Of a stretch of 64,000 nucleotides of DNA, positions 19,537 to 29,217 are shown piece by piece. The stretch's first letter is position 1. The number at the start of each line of letters is the position of its first letter. Position numbers and translations under genes: made by a program. Source of the stretch: an uncultured Planctomycetaceae bacterium (GTDB taxonomy: Bacteria; Planctomycetota; Planctomycetia; Planctomycetales; Planctomycetaceae). Below the pieces are notes generated by a model. It saw only the letters and a program-made list of their open reading frames with translations, had not been told where the DNA came from and did not search any database. Where the stretch lies: positions 33,152 through 97,151 of the forward strand of contig CAWJOC010000035.1 of assembly GCA_963844315.1 (NCBI GenBank), read 5' to 3'.

Positions 19537-21160
19537 TTTCCATAGTCCACAAGAATCGTTCCGGCCCGGCCAGCGGATTCTGGCCAGTGGGTTGTTCTCG
19601 AAGGCCCAATGGCATCGGTGCGGGCGGAAGGGCCCCTTCCCTTGGGTTTTCGATGTTGGCGGACGGGTTCTTGGCAGCGGCGACCGGTCAGCAGTTCAAC
19701 ACTGCCTGACCAGTTCGAGCACTCGGCAACACGTGGGGAGGCTCGGCCAGGCCGAACTGAGACGCACCAGCACGCGGCGACTGCTAACGATCACCTCCGC
19801 CGCCACTTTGATCAACCGCAACCGCCAAGTCGCCGGTTGAGCGCGGCGAAGTTCGCTGCCGGTCGTCGGCCGCCGCGATTCGGCATCGGGCACGGGGGCC
19901 GGGCGGCTTTTGTGCGGATCGGACTGGGGCAATGTGTTGCGAAGGCGAATCAGAAGGTTCAGCGACGCCGCGTGCAAGAACAAGCGAAAGAAGTTCGCCA
20001 GAAACCGATGATCGCTCAGGCGGTCGCCGCACAAATCGACCTTGTACTCTTTGTTGCGGTTCTCGCTTTCGCCCGCGCGACGTACTCGTCATAAACGCCA
20101 TCAGGCACGATCATCGCCCCTTTGCGATTGGTCACCACCGCGCGGTGGTTCGTGCCCGCTTGATGGCATTCGGCTTTGATGATCACGCTGCGATCGCGGT
20201 CCCAACTGTCGGCTCGATAAGACAGGGCCAGAAACAACCGCTGCTTCTCTTTCGTGTGTTCGTACTGCGCTTGGGCCTGTTCCAATAACGCCTGACTTTC
20301 GCGTTTGAGCCTGGGATTCATGCCGATGCCGAAGGTGTACCACACACGAAGCCGCTCGCAGACGTCGTACATCCTCGGCACGCCGAAGCCGCTGTCCGCG
20401 CGGACTTCGATGTCCACGTCCGGAAAGTGTGCCCGCAGTTTTTGCACCAAGAATTCGAGATCATCATCGGCCCCAGCGCCGCATGCGCAGTGCCGTGCCG
20501 AAGTGTGATCATGACCACCAAGCCCGTCTCGGCGTTGGTGATGATAAACGGAAAATACTGGTTCTGCTTGCGGTAGCCATCGAACAGCGTGAGTTGCTGA
20601 TTGCCATGCGAGGGATCGTCGAAGCCGTCCAGATCGAACGTTAATCGCGTAGGCGGCGTCTTAAACGAATCCAAGAATTGATCGACCATCCACTCCCTGA
20701 GGCGAAACAAGTCGGCGATTTGGATCGCGTTTTCAAACCGTGACAGCGTGGGCTGACTGGCGGTCTCTTGGCGGTCTTCGGGCAAGCGGTCGCACACAAG
20801 TTGAAAGATGGGATCGTAGCGCAAGGTGTCGTGATCGTTTTGATCTTCATAGCCGGCGAGGATGCCGTAAATCCGCTGGCGGACCAATTCGAGCATCGAG
20901 TGCTCGGGATCACGGCGTCCATCGCCCAGCAAGGCGGCGAACGACTCGGTGAATTGCAGTTTCTGATCAAACTCGCGGAGCACCAACAGCCCCGCATCAC
21001 TGGAAAGCCGCCCCGCGGAGTTTTCGACGACCAGCGATTTTTTGGAAAGAAACTCCAAGCCTTTCGACCAGACACCCTGTAAAATCATGCTGAGCCTTTC
21101 GTGGAACCGTAAAGTGAAGTGTTGACACACTTACGACTCCTCAGAGGCTCCTTTTGTTCC
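19537..21160 (-). mobile_element. decayed IS1380-family element inserted immediately 3' of tRNA-Glu
   Basis: Carries the frameshifted transposase below. The ends could not be defined by inverted repeats. Confidence 0.6.
19696..21130 (-). pseudogene. IS1380-family transposase with two frameshifts
   Basis: Three consecutive minus-strand ORFs in different frames: 20318..21130, 20016..20450, 19696..20034. Classic N-terminus SSDAGLLVLREFD..GYEDQNDHDTLRYDP, and a C-terminus with WRLRLIKVAAEV. Confidence 0.85.
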
Positions 21161-21640
21161 CGGTTGGTGATGATCAACGGAAAATACTGGTTCTGCTTGT
21201 GGTAGCCATCGAACAGCGTGAGTTGCTGATTGCCATGCGAGGGATCGTCGAAGCCGTCCAGATTGAACGTTAATCGCGTAGGTGGCGTCTTAAACGAATC
21301 CAAGAATTGATCGACCATCCACTCCCTGAGGCGAAACAAGATGGTGATTTGGATCGCGTTTTCAAACCGTGACAGCGTGGGCTGACTGGCGGTCTCTTGG
21401 CCGTCTTCGGGCAAGCGATGCATACAAGTTGAAAGATGGGATCGTAGGGCAAGGTGTCGTGATCGTTTTGATCTTCATAGCCGGCGAGGATACCGTAAAT
21501 CCGCTGGCGGACCAATTCGAGCATCGAGTGCTCGGGATCACGGCGTCCATCGCCCAGCAAGGCGGCGAACGACTCGGTGAATTGCAGTTTCTGATCAAAC
21601 TCGCGGAGCACCAACAGCCCCGCATCACTGGAAAGCCGCC
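21161..21640 (-). repeat. partial tandem duplicate of the internal transposase segment 20531..21012
   Basis: Near-identical by eye over about 480 bp. Identity ends at ...TGGAAAGCCGCC, where this copy is fused to a tRNA-like 3' fragment. Confidence 0.85.
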
Positions 21641-21690
21641 GCGCTAACCCTCCGAAGGTTGGTTGAGTGGTTCGACTCCGGGCACCGACC
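21641..21690 (+). other. tRNA 3'-half-like fragment fused to the IS duplicate
   Basis: Contains GGTTCGACTCC T-loop consensus, but the T stem pairs poorly and no 5' half is present. Confidence 0.3.
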
Positions 21691-21726
21691 GGCGGTTGGT
21701 CCGGGCTACTCCGACATGGCCTGTCC

Positions 21727-21789
21727 GCGGGATGTAGCACTGAGTTTACGAAACTTGGTTGGGTTTGGGTTCAACTCTCCCAGGGGCTA
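21727..21789 (+). pseudogene. tRNA-Arg(ACG)-like pseudo-tRNA lacking most of the D arm
   Basis: GCGGGATGTAGCAC start, anticodon arm TGAGT-TTACGAA-ACTTG, T-loop GGGTTCAACTC. The acceptor 3' strand is not complementary. Confidence 0.3.
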
Positions 21790-21796
21790 TTTGGCA

Positions 21797-21868
21797 TCGG
21801 ATGTAGGGGAGCGGCACCCCACGTGCCTTGGGAGTACGATACCGTCGGTTCGAGTCCGGCCATCCCGA
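21797..21868 (+). tRNA. tRNA-Pro (anticodon TGG), imperfect acceptor stem
   Basis: D stem GGGG/CCCC, anticodon arm CGTGC-CTTGGGA-GTACG, T arm GTCGG-TTCGAGT-CCGGC. Acceptor TCGGATG/CATCCCG has a C2:C71 mismatch and a U1:G72 pair. Confidence 0.6.
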
Positions 21869-21878
21869 CTCAAGACAA

Positions 21879-21950
21879 AGCCCCGTGGTCCAATGGCAAC
21901 GGCGCCTGGGTCACAACCAGGAGATGATAGTTCGATTCTGTCCGGGACTA
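21879..21950 (+). tRNA. tRNA-Val (anticodon CAC)-like, minor defects
   Basis: Anticodon arm CCTGG-GTCACAA-CCAGG (G at position 32), T arm GATAG-TTCGATT-CTGTC. Acceptor AGCCCCG/CGGGACT has a C3:A70 mismatch. Confidence 0.55.
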
Positions 21951-21977
21951 TTTCGGAAATTCGCGGAAACCAACTAC

Positions 21978-22051
21978 GGCTCGGTAGGCAATGGGCAGAC
22001 CACCTTGGCTCAGACCCAGGGATGCTGTGGGTTCGACTCCCACCTGAGCTA
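21978..22051 (+). tRNA. tRNA-like gene with anticodon CAG but no long variable arm and a weak D arm
   Basis: Perfect T arm GTGGG-TTCGACT-CCCAC. Acceptor GGCTCGG/CTGAGCT has two G-U pairs. Anticodon arm CTTGG-CTCAGAC-CCAGG. The D stem barely pairs and the structure is class I despite a Leu anticodon. Confidence 0.4.
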
Positions 22052-22062
22052 CTTGACAACAC

Positions 22063-22135
22063 GCCCTCGTGGAGCAGCGGAGTGCTCGCCTGCCTGTCAC
22101 GCAGGAGATCGTCGGTTCAAATCCGATCGGGGGTG
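22063..22135 (+). tRNA. tRNA-Asp (anticodon GTC)
   Basis: Complete cloverleaf. Acceptor GCCCTCG/CGGGGGT, D arm GAGC-AGCGGAGT-GCTC, anticodon arm CCTGC-CTGTCAC-GCAGG, T arm GTCGG-TTCAAAT-CCGAT. Confidence 0.9.
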
Positions 22136-22173
22136 CTGAATGACACGGTCTTCCTGTGTTCGTCAAACATCAT

Positions 22174-22254
22174 GCGTCGGCTGGGCATTGGCGAGCCCAA
22201 GTGGCTGTAACCCACCCGCAATTCGCTTTGCAGGTTCAACTCCTGCCCGACGCA
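22174..22254 (+). tRNA. tRNA-Tyr (anticodon GTA), class II
   Basis: Perfect acceptor GCGTCGG/CCGACGC, D arm GGGC/GCCC, loop CTGTAAC, T arm GCAGG-TTCAACT-CCTGC. The 13-nt variable region has only weak pairing. Confidence 0.75.
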
Positions 22255-22588
22255 CTCACAAAGGCCCGTTCGTCTAGGGCCGCAAATGAAAGCGTACGGC
22301 TGACAGCGAAGAAAACTTTACTGAAAGCAGTTCGCAAAGCGTAAGACCACTGCTAATCGATTTGCCGGGCGGTCCTTCCTTTATGTTTAAGAATGGGAAG
22401 GGCCACCCGATTGGCGACGGGATCCGGTTGGAAGCCTGACGAGCATTGTCAAAATGCCTTGAGAGTTCGATTCTCTCCCCAAGATACCGATGACACGGCT
22501 TTGGCAGCGAATCATTCTCCACGCCAAAAGATGCACGCTCTGAAAGACACATTGGATCGACTGGCTTGGCGATCCGGGATGATTGTTT

Positions 22589-23260
22589 CTAAACGGTCCG
22601 CAGCCATTGGATTCCCCGACGTAGCTCGTGCTGCCACACCGACAATTCGTGTCCGCCAGGACTTAACCGAGTTTCGCTCTGGCCCCCGTTTTTCCGAATC
22701 CAACTGGCCAGTCGCTTCGTGTAATTCTTGATACTGCCAGGTTCACTCTCCCCTGCGGCGAGGTAGAATCTGCTTTGTGTAAGATCATGCACATCCGGGG
22801 GTGGCTGGTCAACGCGAACCGGCCGACCCCCAATAGACAAGGCGATCACCGACCCGAACAGATTGGAGTGCCTAATACCCATTGAGACGGCGAATGCACC
22901 TCCGCAGGAGAATCCAAACGTCGCGCTGTTATTGCAAGTCAGTGGAACGCAGGCTTGAGTCTGAGCCCAATCACGGACGACATTGATAAAAAAGGATTCG
23001 TGCCCCTTGAAGCATTGCTCATCTCGCCCCTCGACGTACTCCTGGCCTCGGAATGCCGGACTGCTGTGAACGCCAATCAGGCCGACTCGATAGGCGGCGA
23101 GTTCGTCGTGAAGCTGCTTAGCGAAGTATGGAACATACTGCCCATCGGCACAGAAAATAAACGCCATATCGCTGGCCTGTTCTTGCGGCAAACAGGCGGT
23201 GACGTCTCGGGTTTGAGTCTTGTCGTCAAAGGTCAGGCGGATGCGAGTCTCCATGGGCAT
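22589..23260 (-). CDS. esterase (putative esterase / enterochelin-esterase-like alpha/beta hydrolase)
   Basis: 223-aa ORF with GFSCGG nucleophile elbow and a C-terminal GGHE..W motif. Confidence 0.7.
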   Translation of the reverse strand: MPMETRIRLTFDDKTQTRDVTACLPQEQASDMAFIFCADGQYVPYFAKQLHDELAAYRVGLIGVHSSPAFRGQEYVEGRDEQCFKGHESFFINVVRDWAQTQACVPLTCNNSATFGFSCGGAFAVSMGIRHSNLFGSVIALSIGGRPVRVDQPPPDVHDLTQSRFYLAAGESEPGSIKNYTKRLASWIRKNGGQSETRLSPGGHELSVWQHELRRGIQWLRTV

Positions 23261-23318
23261 CTCTCTCGTGCGTCATAAGGAGGCCATGCGTGACGGTGAA
23301 TTCTAAATGGATTGGACA

Positions 23319-23723
23319 TCAATCCCTTTCGGCAAACTGTTCGAGTAGCTCCAAATCCAACTCGCCTTCCGCTTCCCATCCCCTTTGGCCCGCTGGGATT
23401 TCCGGTCGAAACTTCTCATACAGAGGATACGCTTCGTCAGCCAGTTCCTTCGGGCGATACGCCTTGGCGAGTTTCCACATCGCTTCCTCGACCCGATCGA
23501 GATCCTCGCCCAACTTCTGTTCGAGGTACCTTTCCACACTCGCCGGGGAAATCGGTCTGCCCTTTACTGTGGCTCGGATTCCTTCGTCCGTGTTCTTCGC
23601 GGGAACCGTGCGGCCGCAGACCTCGACGAGGAACCCTTCGTCTTTCGTGCGTTTCTCGCGGGTCTTCTTGGGCTTTTCTTTCGGGCTGTAGATTCCAAGC
23701 CGACGTCCCTTGGCCCTGGGCAT
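23319..23723 (-). CDS. conserved hypothetical protein, C-terminal part (gene frameshifted)
   Basis: KGRRLGIYSPKEKPKK.... Upstream, another frame encodes TLWAYVVARRLGFRKAEALTLGKAVAGLNAQ. The join lies at a GGG run near 23745. The gene probably extends to about 23852. Confidence 0.6.
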   Translation of the reverse strand: MPRAKGRRLGIYSPKEKPKKTREKRTKDEGFLVEVCGRTVPAKNTDEGIRATVKGRPISPASVERYLEQKLGEDLDRVEEAMWKLAKAYRPKELADEAYPLYEKFRPEIPAGQRGWEAEGELDLELLEQFAERD

Positions 23724-23896
23724 TGAGCCCTGCGACCGCCTTTCCCAACGTGAGAGCCTCGGCCTTCCGAAAGCCTAAGCGGCGGGCGACAACGTAGGCC
23801 CAAAGCGTCAGGACCGGCGACGATTGATCGAGACTGTCGCTTCTTTCCCATGATGGTCCCCTTGTCGCCGTTGGTGCAGCTCTGCGTTGCGCCAGT

Positions 23897-23912
23897 TAGA
23901 ATTGAGATTCTA
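23897..23912. promoter_or_regulatory. palindromic operator candidate TAGAAT-N4-ATTCTA in the divergent dinB promoter region
   Basis: Perfect 6-bp inverted repeat 60 bp upstream of the dinB ATG. Resembles the GAAC-N4-GTTC class of LexA boxes, with C/G replaced by T/A. Confidence 0.3.
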
Positions 23913-23971
23913 TCGTCCGGCCTTTTCGCACTTTTTATTATCACCGGCTGTTAAGCCCCGACAGGCAACGC

Positions 23972-25165
23972 ATGATCCTTCACGTTGATATGGATGCGTT
24001 CTACGCCTCGATCGAGGAGCGGGACAATCCCCATCTCGTGGGAAAACCTTTGATTGTTGGCGGCACGCCAGACGGGCGGGGCGTGGTTGCGGCGGCCAAC
24101 TATGTCGTGCGAAAGTTCGGCGTGCATAGCGCGATGCCCACGTCAAAGGCTCTCAGACTTTGTCCGGGCGCCATCGTGCTCAGGCCCCGCATGGACCATT
24201 ATGCCCAAATCGCCCGGCAAATCCGAGATGTCTTCTTTCGCTATACCCCGCTCGTTGAGCCGCTGTCCTTGGACGAGGCGTTTCTGGATGTCACGGGGAG
24301 CACCAACCTCTTTGGTCCTGCGCCAGAAATCGCCCGAAAGATCAAGGCCGAGATCCGGAGCGAGACCAAGCTGGTGGCCTCCGTGGGCGTGGCCCCCAAC
24401 AAGTTCCTGGCCAAGATCGCCAGCGATCTCCAAAAGCCGGACGGTCTGGTGGTGGTTGACCCCGAGCGCATCCTGGAGTTTCTTGATCCTTTGCCCATCG
24501 GCAAGCTCTGGGGCGTGGGCAAGGTCACGGGCAGCGTCCTTGATCGGCTAAACGTCAAAACCATTGGCGACTTGCGCCGTCTGGATCCTGAAATCCTCAG
24601 CAAAGCCTTCGGCCAGCAAGGCGAGCATTTTGCCAAACTCGCCGAGGGGATTGATGACCGGTCCGTGATCCCTGACCGCGAAGCGAAGTCGATTTCCCAC
24701 GAGACGACCTTCGCGGCGGACATCCTGGATGCCGAGGCCCTCCGCGCGTGGCTGCTGGAATTGACCGAACTCGTTGGACGGCGAATGCGGCGACAAAAAC
24801 GCCGAGGGCGGACGGTGAATCTTAAACTCCGATTTGCCGATTTTCACACGATCACCCGCGCGAAAACGCTTCTCCAAGCCACCGACGTGACGCAAGAGAT
24901 CTGGCAGGCGGCCAATGACCTTTTAACCCAAGCCCTCCCCAAAACTCATCAAGGCGTTCGCCTGGTGGGCGTGGGCGTCAGTGGGTTTGCCGGTGACGGG
25001 TTCGTCCAACAGACGCTGTTCGATGATGAGGGCCAGAACAAGCAGCGGAAGCTGGATGCCGTGACGGACGCCGTGCGAGAAAAGTTCGGGTCAAAATCGC
25101 TCAGCCGGGGCAGCGGCATAAAACACCAGATCCGGAACCAACCGGACCCGAACACGGAGGATTGA
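23972..25165 (+). CDS. dinB: DNA polymerase IV (Y-family translesion polymerase)
   Basis: MILHVDMDAFYASIEERDNP, SLDEAFLDVTG, VGVAPNKFLAKIASD, LWGVGKVT: canonical DinB motifs along the full length. Confidence 0.95.
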   Translation: MILHVDMDAFYASIEERDNPHLVGKPLIVGGTPDGRGVVAAANYVVRKFGVHSAMPTSKALRLCPGAIVLRPRMDHYAQIARQIRDVFFRYTPLVEPLSLDEAFLDVTGSTNLFGPAPEIARKIKAEIRSETKLVASVGVAPNKFLAKIASDLQKPDGLVVVDPERILEFLDPLPIGKLWGVGKVTGSVLDRLNVKTIGDLRRLDPEILSKAFGQQGEHFAKLAEGIDDRSVIPDREAKSISHETTFAADILDAEALRAWLLELTELVGRRMRRQKRRGRTVNLKLRFADFHTITRAKTLLQATDVTQEIWQAANDLLTQALPKTHQGVRLVGVGVSGFAGDGFVQQTLFDDEGQNKQRKLDAVTDAVREKFGSKSLSRGSGIKHQIRNQPDPNTED

Positions 25166-25334
25166 GAGGGACCTTAATCTGTCTCCGTCTCCCTTTCCCT
25201 GAAAGGATCAAAGCGTGCAAATCCGGGTGCCTGCTCATGTCTTATCTGGCCTGGGTGAGTTTCGTGAGTGTGCTCAACTTTAGGATCTGCCGAATGAACG
25301 CATAAAGTCGCGGTCGAACGAGTGGCTCGATAGA

Positions 25335-27302
25335 ATGGGACAGCGTCGAATTTCCCCTCCAGGTTCCTCGAAGTCTGCCATGAATCGTATTTCCCTTTGT
25401 CTGCTTCTGATGTCTTCTTGGATTTCACTCGCATTCGCCGCCGACACAAACAGGCCGAATGTCGTCTTGATCCTCGCCGATGATCTTGGCTGGTCGGACA
25501 CGACGCTTTACGGCCAGACGCGGTTTTATCAAACGCCCCACATCGAACGTCTCGCCCAGCGCGGGATGACCTTCACAAGAGCGTATTCCGCCAGCCCGCT
25601 TTGTTCTCCGACGCGCTCGGCCGTCCTCACCGGACAAAGCCCCGCGCGGACGGGTCTTACAACGCCGAACTGCCATCTGCCGCAGGTCGTATTGGAAGCG
25701 AAAGCGGGCCTCTCCGCCCCAGCGAATCAAAAGTCGATTCCGCCGACCCCGGTGACTCGTCTGAAAACCGAATACCGCACACTGGCCGAAACCCTGAAAG
25801 ACGCTGGCTATGCGACAGGGCATTTCGGCAAGTGGCATCTCGGCCCGGAGCCTTATTCTCCTTTGCAACAGGGCTTTGATGTAGACGTCCCGCATCATCC
25901 AGGGCCTGGCCCGGCAGGCAGTTACGTGGCTCCCTGGAAGTTCAAAGATTTCGATCACGACCCGGAGGTGCCCGACCAACATATTGAGGATCGTATGGCG
26001 AAGGAAGCCGCCGCGTGGATGGAGAAGAACAAAGATCGTCCCTTCTTTCTCAACTATTGGATGTTCAGCGTCCATGCCCCCTTTGATGCCAAGACTTCGC
26101 TGATTGAGAAATACCGCGCACGCGTGAATCCCCAAGCTGCCCAGCGCAGCCCCACGTATGCGGCGATGATCGAGAGCATGGATGCTGCCGTGGGCACGCT
26201 CCTCGATGCACTCGACCGGTTGGGGCTGGCAGACGACACCATTGTCATTTTCACCAGTGACAATGGAGGGAATATGTATAACGAGATTGACGGCACCACG
26301 CCCACCAGCAATGCTCCGCTGCGGGGTGGCAAGGCGACATTGTTCGAGGGCGGCACGCGCGTGCCCTGCATGATCTCTTGGCTTGGCGTTATCCCGCCGA
26401 AAACACGCAGCGATGTGCTTGTGCAGAGCGAGGACTTCTATCCCACATTGCTCGAAGCTCTCCATTTGCAGCCGAAGCCAGGGCAGCCATTTGATGGAGT
26501 GAGCCTTTTGCCCGCCCTCAAGGGCGAAGCGCTTTCCCGTGAAGCGATCTTTCAATACTTCCCGCACGCTCCTGGAGTTCCGGATTGGCTGCCGCCTGCG
26601 GTGTCCGTGCACCAGGGAGATTGGAAGCTCATCCGCATTTTTCATGGTGGCGAGAACGGCGGGCACCGGTATTTTCTGTTTAATCTCGAGGAGGATCTGA
26701 GTGAAACGCACAATCTGGCCTCGGTCCATCCCGACATGGTGCAGAAACTTGACGCCCGGATCGACGACTTTCTGAAAGACACCAAGGCCATTGTGCCAGT
26801 GCCGAATCCTCGCTTTGACCCCGCCAAGTATCATCCCGAAGAGGAAGGCAAGCCAACGCCCCGCGGGAAAGCCCAGCCCAAAGCGGGCGCCAACGCCAGA
26901 ACCGATCCCGGAGACATTCCAGCGCTCAAGGGCTGGAAAGCGCGGGGCTGCATGGTGGCAGTGAAGAACGGGATTGTCACCATTACCAGCCAAAGCAAGA
27001 TGCCCTTCTTGGGAGTCGGGGCCGGCCAGCTCGATGGCCGTTCCCAACTGACGTTCCGCCTGAAAAGCCAGGTCGGTCAGGGAAAGATCGAATGGCTGCC
27101 GGGCGGAATCACGAACAGGAAAGCCCAGTCCGTTTCTTATGACGTTCCAGACAAAAACTGGTCGGAGATCGCAGTCGATCTGCCTGCTCGCGATGGCGAA
27201 ACGGGCATCCTGCGTCTGTACCTTCCCGCCGAGAGTCAATCCATGGAACTCGACTGGATTGAACTGAAAACCACGAGCAGAACCAAACGCTGGGACTTTT
27301 GA
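25335..27302 (+). CDS. secreted arylsulfatase-family protein with extra C-terminal domain
   Basis: [24 protein letters not shown] (CxPxR formylglycine motif), GKWHLG, SDNGG. The signal peptide is best from the alternative ATG at 25380. Confidence 0.9.
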   Translation: MGQRRISPPGSSKSAMNRISLCLLLMSSWISLAFAADTNRPNVVLILADDLGWSDTTLYGQTRFYQTPHIERLAQRGMTFTRAYSASPLCSPTRSAVLTGQSPARTGLTTPNCHLPQVVLEAKAGLSAPANQKSIPPTPVTRLKTEYRTLAETLKDAGYATGHFGKWHLGPEPYSPLQQGFDVDVPHHPGPGPAGSYVAPWKFKDFDHDPEVPDQHIEDRMAKEAAAWMEKNKDRPFFLNYWMFSVHAPFDAKTSLIEKYRARVNPQAAQRSPTYAAMIESMDAAVGTLLDALDRLGLADDTIVIFTSDNGGNMYNEIDGTTPTSNAPLRGGKATLFEGGTRVPCMISWLGVIPPKTRSDVLVQSEDFYPTLLEALHLQPKPGQPFDGVSLLPALKGEALSREAIFQYFPHAPGVPDWLPPAVSVHQGDWKLIRIFHGGENGGHRYFLFNLEEDLSETHNLASVHPDMVQKLDARIDDFLKDTKAIVPVPNPRFDPAKYHPEEEGKPTPRGKAQPKAGANARTDPGDIPALKGWKARGCMVAVKNGIVTITSQSKMPFLGVGAGQLDGRSQLTFRLKSQVGQGKIEWLPGGITNRKAQSVSYDVPDKNWSEIAVDLPARDGETGILRLYLPAESQSMELDWIELKTTSRTKRWDF

Positions 27303-29113
27303 TCATGATGAAATTCTTGCTGTTGGCGTTCGCGACCCTGTTTCTGTTTCTGGACCCCGCTCACGCCGCCGAGCGGCCGAACATCATTGTGATTTTTACG
27401 GACGACCACGGTTGGGCGGACTTGGGATCGCAGGGGATCGAAAAGGACATTCGCACGCCTCATCTGGATGCCCTTGCCAAGGGAGGATTACGGGCCACTA
27501 ACGGCTATGTCTCGGCTCCGCAGTGCGTCCCCTCGCGTGCGGGACTATTGACCGGGCGTTATCAAAACCGTTTTGGCGTTGAAAGCAACGGTGAAGCGCT
27601 CGATGGCTTCAACCAACAGAAAACCATCGCGAAATGGTTGAAAGAAGCCGGCTACGCCACCGGTATGGCGGGGAAATGGCACCTCGGCCCGCCGGACGAG
27701 ATCGTCAAGCACGGGTTTGATGATGTGTCTTGTGATCAAGGTGGACCCAAGCGATCGCGGTCCAACTTGGACAGGGATCGCCCCACACGCCCACGTGAGA
27801 ATCGGAAGGAGGAGCAATACCATCTCGACGCCAATAGTGCCGCCGCGTGCGAATTTATTGAACGGCATAAAGATCAACCCTTCTTCTTTTACCTGGCCTA
27901 TCGTGCTCCCCATGTTCCTCTGGATGCGCCGAAGAAGTACCTTGACCGCTTTCCTGGCGAAATGCCGGAGCGGCGGCGTCAATGCCTGGCCATGCTCTCC
28001 GCGGTGGACGATGGCGTGGGGCGCGTGTTGGAAACTCTCCGCAAGCATCAGCTGGAAGAAAACACCCTGATCTTTTTCCTGGGCGACAATGGGGCTCCCT
28101 TGAAGATTCACAAGGAGGACGAAGCCGGCGGGGGTGCCGGGTGGGATGGTTCCTTGAATGCCCCGCTCAATGGCGAAAAAGGCATGCTAGCCGAAGGTGG
28201 CATTCGCGTGCCTTGGCTTGCCTCTTGGAAAGGGGTGATCCCAAAGGGGCAGGTCTACGAGCATCCCGTGATCAGCCTGGATGTGGCCGCCACGGCCCTG
28301 GCTGCCGCGGGAATCAATACGCAAGCCGCCAGGCTCGATGGCGTCAATTTACTGCCGTATCTCACGGGACAAAACAAATCGGCCCCCCATGAGGCCCTCT
28401 TTTGGAGATGGATCGCCCAATCGGCGATTCGCGAAGGCCAGTGGAAACTGATCATCGGAGGCGAGCGGCGTTATCTGTTCGACCTGGACAAGGATCCCGA
28501 GGAAAAACGGAATCTTCTCTCCCAGCATCCCAAAATCGCAGAACGGCTTCACGCTCGGCTGAAAGCCTGGTCGAACGAACTCCAACCGCCCGGCCTGGCG
28601 ACGGGACCTATGTCGAAAGTCTGGGAAACCTATTTCGATTTTTACTTGGACGGGAAACCCGTGCCGCCGCCCCGTAATGGGGGAAGCCCCCAAACCGAGC
28701 AATCCGGCTGGGTCGCGCACAACGCAACGGCAGAACTCAGAGAGGGCTTTCTGCACGTCAGTCCCATCTCAAAGGGCAAAGGCAAACCGTTTCTCGCATT
28801 CTCGGGCCTCAAGATTTCAGGCCCTGCCACCGCCACACTTTCGTTGAGGAGCGATGTCAATGGCCAAGTCGGCATCGCTTGGCGTCTCGATTCCCAACAA
28901 GACTTTCCCGCAAGTCAAATCGGTCACCACAAACTGAATCAATCAACGGAGTTTCAAAGCCTTGAGATTCCCGTTCCTGGCGTGGGCCAGATCGCCCATG
29001 TTCGCGTACTGATCCCAAACGGGAAGACTGATTTGCAGCGATTCGAAATCCAATCGAAAACTGGAAAGGATGGAAAACATTGGGATTTTCAGACGGCCAA
29101 CACAGCACCCTAG
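27299..29113 (+). CDS. secreted sulfatase-family protein
   Basis: Signal peptide, [37 protein letters not shown]. Start overlaps the previous stop. Confidence 0.9.
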   Translation: MIMMKFLLLAFATLFLFLDPAHAAERPNIIVIFTDDHGWADLGSQGIEKDIRTPHLDALAKGGLRATNGYVSAPQCVPSRAGLLTGRYQNRFGVESNGEALDGFNQQKTIAKWLKEAGYATGMAGKWHLGPPDEIVKHGFDDVSCDQGGPKRSRSNLDRDRPTRPRENRKEEQYHLDANSAAACEFIERHKDQPFFFYLAYRAPHVPLDAPKKYLDRFPGEMPERRRQCLAMLSAVDDGVGRVLETLRKHQLEENTLIFFLGDNGAPLKIHKEDEAGGGAGWDGSLNAPLNGEKGMLAEGGIRVPWLASWKGVIPKGQVYEHPVISLDVAATALAAAGINTQAARLDGVNLLPYLTGQNKSAPHEALFWRWIAQSAIREGQWKLIIGGERRYLFDLDKDPEEKRNLLSQHPKIAERLHARLKAWSNELQPPGLATGPMSKVWETYFDFYLDGKPVPPPRNGGSPQTEQSGWVAHNATAELREGFLHVSPISKGKGKPFLAFSGLKISGPATATLSLRSDVNGQVGIAWRLDSQQDFPASQIGHHKLNQSTEFQSLEIPVPGVGQIAHVRVLIPNGKTDLQRFEIQSKTGKDGKHWDFQTANTAP

Positions 29114-29217
29114 CAATCACTGTCAGGCAGAGTTTCGTGCGTGAATTGATCCGGCCAATGACAGCCAGCCACTTTTGATCCTGTGACCAGGAATACTCCG
29201 AGAAAGCGACAAGAGCC

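Noticed and set aside
22395-22485. tRNA-Sec or UGA-suppressor tRNA (stem-loop GCAT-TGTCAAA-ATGC next to a perfect T arm)
   Set aside because: Position 33 would be G rather than U. No acceptor stem can be formed with the sequence following the T arm, and no extended Sec-type D or variable arms are evident.
25425-27239. Long antisense ORFs (for example 25425-27239 minus, 1122-2162 plus, 5023-6210 plus, 10375-11514 minus, 46461-47570 minus, 39275-39949 minus, 6519-7340 minus)
   Set aside because: Each lies entirely opposite a gene with strong family motifs. They have Arg/Gly/Pro-rich low-complexity translations typical of GC-rich antisense frames, so I treat them as shadow ORFs.
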